Below are positions 36,168 to 44,594 of a stretch of 45,301 nucleotides of DNA, piece after piece. How positions within the stretch are numbered: the first letter of the stretch is position 1; the number at the start of each line of letters is the position of its first letter. The position numbers and the translations under genes are program-made. The DNA lies in the IMG/VR virus record IMGVR_UViG_3300012667_001007, positions 1 through 45,301 of that record, one strand, 5' to 3'. A model generated the notes under the pieces. The model searched no databases, had not been told where the DNA came from, and saw nothing but the letters and a program-made list of their open reading frames with translations. This DNA comes from a virus. Its lineage: Duplodnaviria > Caudoviricetes.

Positions 36168-36175
36168 TATATTTG
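36168..36175 (+). promoter_or_regulatory. TATATTTG promoter element
   Basis: Follows the terminator and precedes ATG 36197. Confidence 0.7.
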
Positions 36176-36196
36176 CATACACAACACACACACAGA

Positions 36197-36637
36197 ATGA
36201 AAATACCAGAGATAAAAATCAGCTATTCGCACAGAGTACCATTGTCGGAACTACCTAGAATTCAGTCGTCAAATGATGCGTATAAAGTAGCATACGATCT
36301 GTTTGACCAGAATGAAATTGGATACCGAGAAAGTTCGTATATCATCGTACTGAATACGTGGGGTCGTGTTCTAGGTGCAGCACTTATTGGTGTTGGTAGT
36401 TCGACGGCTTGTGTTCTGGATGTAAAACAATGCTTACAGGTGGCACTCAAAGCCAACGCGAATAATGTTATCATAGTGCATAATCACCCGTCTGGAAATA
36501 CAGAGCCTAGCAGCAACGACAAAACAATCATGAAGCAGATGGAGAGAGCGTTCGACTTGCTGAACATAGATGTTCTGGACGGAATAATAGTAACCCCTGA
36601 GCGAGGTAGATACTACTCGTTCAAGGACAATGAATAG
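36197..36637 (+). CDS. radC: RadC-like JAB domain protein
   Basis: E...HNHPSGNTEPSSND...LDGIIV. Confidence 0.9.
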   Translation: MKIPEIKISYSHRVPLSELPRIQSSNDAYKVAYDLFDQNEIGYRESSYIIVLNTWGRVLGAALIGVGSSTACVLDVKQCLQVALKANANNVIIVHNHPSGNTEPSSNDKTIMKQMERAFDLLNIDVLDGIIVTPERGRYYSFKDNE

Positions 36638-36657
36638 TAATCAATTAAATAATAAAT

Positions 36658-37056
36658 ATGGAAACAAAACACACACCCGAGCCTTGGGATTATGAATTAG
36701 GACACGACATGAAATACCAACAGCCAATTGCAAAAATATGTAACAGCCAATACGTCGAGATTGTTACTGTTTGGAGTAGAAGACCTGACGGTTTTGATAT
36801 CAAAGCGGCATCGGCAACAGCCAAACGCATAGTCGAGTGCGTCAATGCATTTGAAGGAATAGAGAATCCTGCCGAATTCATGCAGGTAGTCAGAAATCTG
36901 GAGTTGGATGCGTATAAGCAACTGGAAACGAAACATACCAATGTTTTGCAAGTGCTAGAAACACTTGAACACTTGCTGTCAAACGGCAACTCAATCAATC
37001 CAAACGCAGTAATAAGATCTGCTATTCAGATGGCTATCGGCAAAATCAATCCGTAA
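36658..37056 (+). CDS. Hypothetical phage protein
   Basis: KHTPEPW...AKRIVECVNA pattern typical of phage early genes. Confidence 0.7.
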   Translation: METKHTPEPWDYELGHDMKYQQPIAKICNSQYVEIVTVWSRRPDGFDIKAASATAKRIVECVNAFEGIENPAEFMQVVRNLELDAYKQLETKHTNVLQVLETLEHLLSNGNSINPNAVIRSAIQMAIGKINP

Positions 37057-37075
37057 CACTAAAATCAATATAAAC

Positions 37076-38152
37076 ATGGAACAACACATCCAAGACGCTG
37101 AAATTGTCAGCACAACACCAGAGCAAGAAACGCAAATGCTTATCGAGACTGAGACGAACAAAATGATTGTGAGCGCAATTACAGACCTCAAGAAACACAC
37201 CGTCACCGATGAAGCGATTGCTCACTTGAAGGCTGAATTCGGAGCACTGTCGATTGCAGACATCAACGACCTTCAAGGCTACAACGCAGTCAAAGCAGGT
37301 GCGTCAAAGGTCAAGAAAATTCGCACCACAGTAGAAGCGAAACGCAAGGAGCTCACCGAACCAGCTTTGAGATTCCAACGTGAGGTCAAAGCCGAAGCAG
37401 ACAGGATCGCTGCAGAGCTCAAACCACTCGAGGAAGAGCTCAACAAAAAGAAAAAGGACTACGAGGACGCTGTCGAAGCTGCCAAGCGTGCCGAGTTCCA
37501 GCGACGTGTCTCCCTACTCAATGACAACGGTTTCCAACTCATCAATGGGTTCTTCGTGTGCGGAATTCTGCAGGTGCACAGCGAGGAGCTTGGAAGGGTC
37601 GCTCAGGCACAGCTCGACGTCTACGTGAAGCATGGACAGGACGAGCTCGCCAGACAGGAACAGGAGCGCAAACGCAAGGAGCAGGAAGCGGAACTACAAC
37701 GCCAGGAGCAGCAACGCCTCAATGAAGAGCGTGCAGAAATCGAGCGAATGAAAGCCGAGCTAGAGGCAGAACGCCAACGCCAAGCTCAGAAACAAGCCGA
37801 GATTGACGCACAGACCAAAGCCATAGAAACGACCTACGAGACTGTCGTGCAGCCTATTGAATTCATGATGCCTCCTAACGTTGAACAACCTATCCAGAAT
37901 ATGGAAGCCGTTCCACAGGCAACCGTGATCAATGAGCAAGCAGTAATCGGACACAACTCGGCTGAGGCTGCGACACCAGGTTACACGGAATTACAACCGA
38001 AGAGGAGCGAGCACTCACCATCCGATGAGTTTGAGCGTGGATTCAATTCGTTCCGTGTGGCCCTGACAGGACTTGTGAATGACACATCTATCCCTCTTTC
38101 GAGAAATTCTCTGAGAGAGTGGGCATGGAATCTTCCATTTCCGAAACACTAA
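37076..38152 (+). CDS. Coiled-coil protein (DUF1351-like N-terminus)
   Basis: RTTVEAKRKELTEP...; E/Q/R-rich helical middle. Confidence 0.7.
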   Translation: MEQHIQDAEIVSTTPEQETQMLIETETNKMIVSAITDLKKHTVTDEAIAHLKAEFGALSIADINDLQGYNAVKAGASKVKKIRTTVEAKRKELTEPALRFQREVKAEADRIAAELKPLEEELNKKKKDYEDAVEAAKRAEFQRRVSLLNDNGFQLINGFFVCGILQVHSEELGRVAQAQLDVYVKHGQDELARQEQERKRKEQEAELQRQEQQRLNEERAEIERMKAELEAERQRQAQKQAEIDAQTKAIETTYETVVQPIEFMMPPNVEQPIQNMEAVPQATVINEQAVIGHNSAEAATPGYTELQPKRSEHSPSDEFERGFNSFRVALTGLVNDTSIPLSRNSLREWAWNLPFPKH

Positions 38153-38166
38153 CGTCACGAAATATC

Positions 38167-38200
38167 ACAGAAATCCCGTTTAACAGACGGGATTTTCTGT
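38167..38200. terminator. Terminator
   Basis: AAATCCCGT / ACGGGATTT stem plus T run. Confidence 0.78.
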
Positions 38201-38253
38201 TTATAAGAATTATTCTTTATATTTGAGGCAACGAAATTCTCAAAACTGAATAA

Positions 38254-38643
38254 ATGATCGATAAAATCCTGACCTCTGAATGGTTCATAGCCTCCGCATC
38301 GTTAGCAGGTGGCTTCATAGTTCGAATGATATTCGACCGTCGAAAAGTAAAAGCCGAAAATGCATCTGCAGAATACGAAGCCGAAACCAAAGCCGTTGAA
38401 CTATACGAGAAATACGCTTCCAGAATTGCCGTTGAACTCGATAACCTGAAAACAAAACAGGAAGAACTATCCAAACAAGTACAGGAATTGCGTCTGGAGA
38501 ATACCGAGCTCAAAATCGAGAATCGGAACTTGAAGGCAGATAATTCTAAGCTGCAAACCGAGATCACAGACCTATACAGCAAGCTCAAGGAATTGACAGT
38601 TCAGGTATCAAAACCGAAGACATCAAAACCGTCAAAACCATAA
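38254..38643 (+). CDS. N-terminal TM plus coiled-coil protein (holin/i-spanin-like)
   Basis: WFIASASLAGGFIVRMIF then heptad repeats; own TATATTTG at 38218-38225. Confidence 0.6.
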   Translation: MIDKILTSEWFIASASLAGGFIVRMIFDRRKVKAENASAEYEAETKAVELYEKYASRIAVELDNLKTKQEELSKQVQELRLENTELKIENRNLKADNSKLQTEITDLYSKLKELTVQVSKPKTSKPSKP

Positions 38644-38645
38644 TC

Positions 38646-39239
38646 ATGAAACTCATTCTAATACTCATCCTATCATTCTCAATGGTCGGTTGTGGCACGT
38701 TCAAGAAGGTCAGCAATAAAACCGATCACCAATCGACTAACTCCATTGATTCATCCTTGAAGGCAGACATCACAACAAAAACCGACGCCAAAACCGACAA
38801 GGAAGTCAAAACCGTTATCACTGAGAAAATCGATACGCACATCGTTGTTCCTGGCACCGCTACGGCTGTGACACGTCCACTCAATGAGCTCATCGAAAAA
38901 CACATGATTGAAACATCGGACGGAGATATCACCGTGAAAGTGACCTACGACCCCACTACAGGAAGCATCAAAGCGGAAGGAAAAACCGCTAAGAAAACCG
39001 TTCCGGTACAGTCTACCAAGACTACCGTTGTCCTAGAATATTCAAAGTCCACTCAGGCAGTCGAAAAGACGGAGCAAATCGACAATGCCGTCAAGGTGGA
39101 TTCAAAGGTTACGGATAAGACATCCAGCAAGGAAGTCGACCGAGATTCGGGAACCAATCCATTCACATCGTTTGGAATAATGATTTTCATCATCCTAGTA
39201 ATCGCGGCAATTTTCTACCTGTACAGGCGTTTCGGCTAG
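38646..39239 (+). CDS. Lipoprotein with C-terminal TM (u-spanin architecture)
   Basis: Signal peptide ending MVGC; Thr/Lys/Val-rich middle; FGIMIFIILVIAAIFYLY then RR. Confidence 0.72.
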   Translation: MKLILILILSFSMVGCGTFKKVSNKTDHQSTNSIDSSLKADITTKTDAKTDKEVKTVITEKIDTHIVVPGTATAVTRPLNELIEKHMIETSDGDITVKVTYDPTTGSIKAEGKTAKKTVPVQSTKTTVVLEYSKSTQAVEKTEQIDNAVKVDSKVTDKTSSKEVDRDSGTNPFTSFGIMIFIILVIAAIFYLYRRFG

Positions 39240-39261
39240 CATCGTGGCATCGTTATTTTGG

Positions 39262-39291
39262 AGAGGAAAAGAAATTTTCCTCTTTTTTTTT
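39262..39291 (+). terminator. Terminator
   Basis: AGAGGAAAA-GAAA-TTTTCCTCT plus T run. Confidence 0.85.
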
Positions 39292-39300
39292 CATCAAATG

Positions 39301-39330
39301 TTTGTCAATTAAAAAAAGTATGTATATTTG
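39301..39330 (+). promoter_or_regulatory. Bacteroidetes sigma-A type promoter (-33 TTTG, -7 TATATTTG)
   Basis: TTTG 39301-39304 and TATATTTG 39323-39330. Confidence 0.72.
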
Positions 39331-39354
39331 CATACACACTTTTAAAAAACACAT

Positions 39355-39774
39355 ATGAAAACAGCTAGAATTACCATCGCAGAATTAGTCAGTACGCTAA
39401 TCGCAATGAAAGATGAGAGAGACGTTGTAAACTTCGTGACTCGAACCCTCTCAGGAAACGACAACCGATTCATTCGCCAAAATCTTATTCTGGAGCTTAC
39501 AGGCGAGAAACACCACCTAGTGAGATGCGGAGTGTCCTACGTGACAAAACACGTCATGGCATACACCGCAAACACACCAACGCCCGAGAAATCGAGCAAG
39601 GTATCTGCACACGATATCGAGGTTGGAACGCCAGTGCTCCGTAAGAAATGCAAACGCAGAGGCGTAATCAAAGCGAATTCCAACGGCAAAATGGAAATAC
39701 ATCTGGAAGACGGTTCAATCCGTAAACCTGCCAGCACTCGATTCTATTCATTGTACAACTTTCAAAGCATCTAA
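39355..39774 (+). CDS. Hypothetical protein, possible C-terminal SH3-like barrel
   Basis: IEVGTPV...RGVIK...MEIHLEDG. Confidence 0.6.
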   Translation: MKTARITIAELVSTLIAMKDERDVVNFVTRTLSGNDNRFIRQNLILELTGEKHHLVRCGVSYVTKHVMAYTANTPTPEKSSKVSAHDIEVGTPVLRKKCKRRGVIKANSNGKMEIHLEDGSIRKPASTRFYSLYNFQSI

Positions 39775-39824
39775 ATTTTCAACAGGGGGGAGCGCATCCG
39801 TAACGCTCGCAAATACAATATATC

Positions 39825-40331
39825 ATGTTTAAAATCGTAAGTTCTAAGAACTACAAGAAGCTCCAAGATGAGCTCAACGGATTACACTCAGTGAACTCTG
39901 AGAAATCAGTCGCAATCGAATGGCTTGAAGCTAGCGGCAAGTCGCTTGAAAACACAATCAAACAACGCGGTGAGAAAATCCAAGCCATGCGCGAGCAAAT
40001 CGACGCAATGCGCGCAGTCAGCAAACGACGCGAGAGAAAAATCGAGGAAATCGATACTGAACTAAAACTGTGCAACGCTGCTCTAAGCAAAAAGGCTGAG
40101 GAGGTTTTGAAATTGACCGAAGAGAAATCACGCATGCGTACTCAATTGAAGGATTCAATGGCTGAGATTACTCGATTGTCGGCTTTCACTGCAGCAGCTG
40201 AAACAACGGAGCAGATTCCAAACGCCATGAAATCAGTTGAGATGCCAACCATCGAGGCTAAGTCCGATGCCGTTCAGAAACCAGCAAAACGTAAGTACTT
40301 CCGCTCAGGAAAATTCAAGAAACAAAAATGA
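39825..40331 (+). CDS. Coiled-coil hypothetical protein
   Basis: Heptad-rich with a basic C-terminus. Confidence 0.65.
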   Translation: MFKIVSSKNYKKLQDELNGLHSVNSEKSVAIEWLEASGKSLENTIKQRGEKIQAMREQIDAMRAVSKRRERKIEEIDTELKLCNAALSKKAEEVLKLTEEKSRMRTQLKDSMAEITRLSAFTAAAETTEQIPNAMKSVEMPTIEAKSDAVQKPAKRKYFRSGKFKKQK

Positions 40332-40420
40332 GACTAATCAAACGAATATTCAAGTATGTTGCCTTCATCGAAAGTGAGCTCCTGAAAGCAAGGGAGTTCA
40401 CTATCGGAGGCAGAATGTAA
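40328..40420 (+). CDS. 30-aa small ORF, not in the track
   Basis: ATGA overlap; MRLIKRIFKYVAFIESELLKAREFTIGGRM* fills the gap. Confidence 0.5.
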   Translation: MRLIKRIFKYVAFIESELLKAREFTIGGRM

Positions 40421-40440
40421 AACCAGTAAAAACACACATC

Positions 40441-40998
40441 ATGAAATCAAAAGTTAAAATAGGCGGATTCAGAGCCAAAATCTGGAACGCATGCGGCGCA
40501 GACCATATTAGACCTGTACTAAGCTACGCACATGTCAAAGACGGTTATATCTATGCCACAAACGCGCATATTCTAATCAAACAGAAATTGACTGCAGTCC
40601 ATGGAATCGATGAGGAACAAGCGTCACACTTAGAGGGGAAATTTCTCCACAGAGAATTGTTGAAAGAACTCGACAGATATGACGTAGTTCAGTTTGAGAA
40701 AGACTCCATTTACGCAACGAAGTCTGGAGTCGAAACACGATTCAAATACTCGTTCTTTGACGGAGTATTTCCAAATTGTGACGCCGTTATTCCTTCCACC
40801 GACAAAATCGAAGCAGTTGAGAATATCGGAGTGAATCATGCGATTTTGAAGGAGCTGACAAGCGCAATGTACAAGAACGATATACCAAAACATAGACTAA
40901 CATTTCATGGATCAAACAGAGGAATCATAGTTACAAACGAGGAACTTTCCAGAGACGAAGAACTTGGCATAATCATGCCTGTAATGCTGAACAATTAA
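40441..40998 (+). CDS. Truncated DNA polymerase III beta-clamp-like protein
   Basis: RPVL...ATNAHIL, FPNCDAVIP, IGVN...L, GIIMPV correspond to DnaN domain II/III motifs. Confidence 0.7.
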   Translation: MKSKVKIGGFRAKIWNACGADHIRPVLSYAHVKDGYIYATNAHILIKQKLTAVHGIDEEQASHLEGKFLHRELLKELDRYDVVQFEKDSIYATKSGVETRFKYSFFDGVFPNCDAVIPSTDKIEAVENIGVNHAILKELTSAMYKNDIPKHRLTFHGSNRGIIVTNEELSRDEELGIIMPVMLNN

Positions 40999-41010
40999 TA
41001 CACACACAAC

Positions 41011-41274
41011 ATGAAAACGATAATCACATCACTCGCAGCAATCGCCATATTTGCCAGCTGCAGCAAAACGAACGAGGAAAAACTCAACGAAATGAAGCCG
41101 CCCGTTGTCGTGAAATCCAAAGGCTACGATCCTTTTGATGACGCACAGGTAATACTTATCGATGCCAAAGGAAAAATCCAGTTTTTCAACTCGTCGTTCT
41201 TCGATTCAGCAAAAGTCGGTGACACCATCATTCCTGCTCACGTGCCAAATAAGAACATAGCAATCAACAGATAG
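41011..41274 (+). CDS. Small lipoprotein
   Basis: MKTIITSLAAIAIFASC lipobox. Confidence 0.7.
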   Translation: MKTIITSLAAIAIFASCSKTNEEKLNEMKPPVVVKSKGYDPFDDAQVILIDAKGKIQFFNSSFFDSAKVGDTIIPAHVPNKNIAINR

Positions 41275-41276
41275 AC

Positions 41277-42650
41277 ATGTTCAATTCAGAGTTCTTTCCA
41301 ACACCCGAGCCTGTTATCCAATTGATGCTCGCCACAACAGACCTTGCAGGAAAATACGTTCTTGAGCCTTCCGCAGGAAAAGGAGATATTGTCGACTTCT
41401 GCGCAGGCTCTGGAGCATTTGTCACGTCGTGTGAGAAAAATCCTGACCTCGCGAGAATCGTTGCCTCGAAATCGACATTCCTCAAACATGATTTTCTGGA
41501 CGTCACGGCCGATGAGGTCAGCCATATCGACTACATCGTGATGAACCCTCCATTTTCAAACGCTGACAGGCATATCCTACACGCCTGGAGCATCGCTCCT
41601 GACGGCTGCGAAGTGATAGCGCTGTGCAATTGGCAGACAATCGAAAACCGGTACACATCCACACGCTCACAGCTTGGACGCATCATTTCCGACTATGGAC
41701 AGTCTACCAACATAGGTGACGTGTTCTCGGACGCTGAGCGCACCACAGGAATCAATATCGGGTTGGTGCACCTATTCAAACCTGCCGACATGAACACGTT
41801 TGACGGATATTTTGACGAGACACCAGACGAGGCAGAGCAGCAATACAACGGAATCATTCCGTACAACGCCATCCGTGACGCTGTGCAGCGATACGTTGGA
41901 GCGTGCAAACTTTTTGACCAGGTGGCAGAAAATGCCGTTCAGATGAACAATCTTGTGGGAGAGTTTGGAGCGAATTCCATCACTTTTGCACTCAAACAGG
42001 ATGAGAAAGACGCATCCATTGAATCGTTCAAAAAGGAGCTCCAAAAAAGAGCCTGGTCATGGGTGTTCAACAAAATGAACATGCAGAAGTATCTCACTGA
42101 GTCGCTGAAAAAGGAAATCAACGTATTCGTGGAGCGACAATCCAAAGTGCCTTTCACGATGAAGAACATCTACAAAATGATGGACATCGTTGTGGGTACA
42201 CATGGCAACAGGATGGAGCGAGCACTCGTTGAGATATTCGATAAACTTACCATGCACCACCACGAAAACCGATACAACGTTGAAGGCTGGAAAACCAACA
42301 GCCACTACCTGGTGAATCAAAAATTCATTCTCGAGTGGGTTGCTGAATCCAGTTGGGGGAGCATTCCCCGAATTCGATACACAGGCAACGCCGCGAAAGT
42401 GGATGATCTCGTGAAAGCACTCTGCTATTTGACGGGCCAGAAATACAACGCCAACGACACGCTGTATTCGTTTTTCTATGCCGAAACAAGGGAGTGGGGA
42501 ACTTGGTACGAGTGGCAGTATTTCAAAGTCAAAGTGTTCAAGAAGGGCACCATGCACGCTCAGTTCCTTGACAAGAAAATTTGGGAATTATTCAATAGGG
42601 CAGTAGCGAAGGCAAAAGGCTATCCGCTGCCAGAATCCGTAAAACTATAA
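41277..42650 (+). CDS. Amino-DNA methyltransferase with DUF4942-like C-terminal region
   Basis: FFPTP, VLEPSAGKG (SAM binding), MNPPF (motif IV); WKTN and KVFKKGTMH in the C-terminal part. Confidence 0.88.
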   Translation: MFNSEFFPTPEPVIQLMLATTDLAGKYVLEPSAGKGDIVDFCAGSGAFVTSCEKNPDLARIVASKSTFLKHDFLDVTADEVSHIDYIVMNPPFSNADRHILHAWSIAPDGCEVIALCNWQTIENRYTSTRSQLGRIISDYGQSTNIGDVFSDAERTTGINIGLVHLFKPADMNTFDGYFDETPDEAEQQYNGIIPYNAIRDAVQRYVGACKLFDQVAENAVQMNNLVGEFGANSITFALKQDEKDASIESFKKELQKRAWSWVFNKMNMQKYLTESLKKEINVFVERQSKVPFTMKNIYKMMDIVVGTHGNRMERALVEIFDKLTMHHHENRYNVEGWKTNSHYLVNQKFILEWVAESSWGSIPRIRYTGNAAKVDDLVKALCYLTGQKYNANDTLYSFFYAETREWGTWYEWQYFKVKVFKKGTMHAQFLDKKIWELFNRAVAKAKGYPLPESVKL

Positions 42651-42653
42651 CAC

Positions 42654-43142
42654 ATGAAAAAAGTCAAATCAAAACCTAGAAATTACAACAGTACAGTCAA
42701 GGCAATATCCAAAATACGTAGAAACATCGATTGTGAGCGTTTCTCGATGCGTGACTTCTACGCTGCGTCTCCTATGACACCAGAACAACTCAAATCCAAG
42801 GACCGTCACGTAGAATTCCTCGTGTGGAGACATTTAGGGGTGACGTGGGGCGTTCTTTGTGGCGGCTCACTTGCACATGCAGCTGGAGAGTTTGGCCGCA
42901 AGCACTCCACAGCGATTCACTCAGTGAAGGTCGTGCTGAATGCCGTTGAAGGCTACGGAATGGAAGAGATGCGCATGGCAATTCAGCTTGTGACAAAAAT
43001 CGCCAACCAATCACCCACAATCAAAGTCCCGCTGGAGCAAATTTACAATTTCTGTCGTGATTTCTATGTCGATGAGAGCATCTGCGACCGCATGTCGGCA
43101 CGGATTTCTGAGATCATGAACGAGCGAAACAGAAACGAGTAA
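42654..43142 (+). CDS. DnaA C-terminal (domain IV)-like HTH protein
   Basis: LKSKDR...WRHL...SLAHAAGEFGRKHSTAIHSVKVV. Confidence 0.75.
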   Translation: MKKVKSKPRNYNSTVKAISKIRRNIDCERFSMRDFYAASPMTPEQLKSKDRHVEFLVWRHLGVTWGVLCGGSLAHAAGEFGRKHSTAIHSVKVVLNAVEGYGMEEMRMAIQLVTKIANQSPTIKVPLEQIYNFCRDFYVDESICDRMSARISEIMNERNRNE

Positions 43143-43158
43143 AACGATGCATTTTGGC

Positions 43159-43193
43159 AAAAAAAATACCCCTCCGATTGAGAGGGGTTTTTT
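43159..43193. terminator. Bidirectional terminator
   Basis: A run, ACCCCTC / GAGGGGT stem, T run, between convergent genes. Confidence 0.8.
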
Positions 43194-43216
43194 GTGTTTG
43201 ATTGATACGTGGCTTC

Positions 43217-44026
43217 CTATTCGATTCCCCTGCACATGTCGCAGATTTTTGGATCGTTGGAGTATGCCAGGAGCTCCTCACCGCATTCCGTGCAGTCGTA
43301 TGCCTTCAAGGCTTCGTGTGTGACCTTTTCATGTTCCACTGTGTCGTTTGAAGGCTCTTCCTGCGTCTGTGCAGCGTCTCTATCGAACTGACAGCTCGAG
43401 CACAGGTCAACCGCTCCCATTTCCTCAGGAATCAAAACGCCGCAATCGTCACAGAGGTAAATATCTCCTCTTTTTGGGATGTTCCAATCGTCTTCGGCTT
43501 CGACAGTGTCAAAATCGGCTTCCGTTGTTGGAGCAATTCCGTTGTCGTAGTCTGGTTTTATGTACTCAAAGAAATCATCTGGACGCACCAATGGACGCAT
43601 GGCTTCAAGTTCAGCCAGAAATTGTTTTTTCCTAGCTTCATACTCAGACTGCCGAACATATTCCCTCTCCATTCCGTCCTTGTATATGAACGTATTACCG
43701 TCTTCATGCTTGACACGGAAATTCGTCCCTTTTGCTTTGTTGTACTGAGTCACGACAACTCGGACGTATTGTGACGGATGGTCGATTTTGAACATTCCAC
43801 CAGGATAAACCTGCATGGCGTTTTCAATGTCTTTTTTGGAGCTTGTGGTTTTCTTTGGAGGAACAGTCACGATGAAATGTCCTACATCTCTTTGAGACCA
43901 GCTCAATTTCGGGAACTCGTCACGCAACTTCACGATTACACCTCCATCGCAATAGATTTCTAGTTTTTCTCCTTCGTCGGACGCTAAAAGAGCGTCACGT
44001 ACTTGTAAATGATTCATTTTATACAT
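43217..44026 (-). CDS. Hypothetical protein with two C-terminal Cys4 zinc ribbons
   Basis: CDDC...CSSC and CTEC...CDMC; minus-strand TATATTTG at 44058-44051; start at 44026 or 44017. Confidence 0.7.
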   Translation of the reverse strand: MYKMNHLQVRDALLASDEGEKLEIYCDGGVIVKLRDEFPKLSWSQRDVGHFIVTVPPKKTTSSKKDIENAMQVYPGGMFKIDHPSQYVRVVVTQYNKAKGTNFRVKHEDGNTFIYKDGMEREYVRQSEYEARKKQFLAELEAMRPLVRPDDFFEYIKPDYDNGIAPTTEADFDTVEAEDDWNIPKRGDIYLCDDCGVLIPEEMGAVDLCSSCQFDRDAAQTQEEPSNDTVEHEKVTHEALKAYDCTECGEELLAYSNDPKICDMCRGIE

Positions 44027-44124
44027 ATTCACTAAATATTTAATATTCGGCAAATATAACGTATTTTATCATTCAAAAAACAAAATATTTATGAAATATA
44101 TATAAAAAGATATGTTAAAAACTC

Positions 44125-44445
44125 GTTTTTGTTCCAATTTGCTACGTCAGAAAAACGCAGTTGTTCCAGATAAGTATCTGAAAATCAACGGTTGCTACAA
44201 AACTACAGTTGCTACAGGAAATATACACCCTTATATAATATCATATAAATATTTTCTTAATAAATACATATTTATTTATTAAATATTAAACGTATTCTAT
44301 ATATATATATATATTTATTGTAGTAATTGTAGTAAGTAGTAGTAATAGGGCAAAAATCCCTTATTTTATAAGGGTTTGAGGCTGCTACAAAATTTGGAAC
44401 AAAACGATTTTCTGTTGTAGCAAGTGTAGCAAACTTGTAGCAAAC
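44125..44445. other. Putative replication origin (iterons flanking an AT-rich core)
   Basis: TTGCTAC(A) at 44139, 44192, 44209; TGTAGCAA at 44416, 44425, 44436; TTGTAGTAA at 44318, 44327; AT-rich core 44221-44319 with a (TA)n tract. Confidence 0.7.
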
Positions 44446-44594
44446 CCCATTTTTAGCCGTTTTCAGGCGTTTTCGTGCCGTTCCAAGCTCTCAGATATCC
44501 CAAATACCCCAATACGTCACCAAACATCACCAATGTTCACGAAAAATCACGCTGAATCCAGTTACGAATCCATTTTTTCCATTATCTTAGCTCC

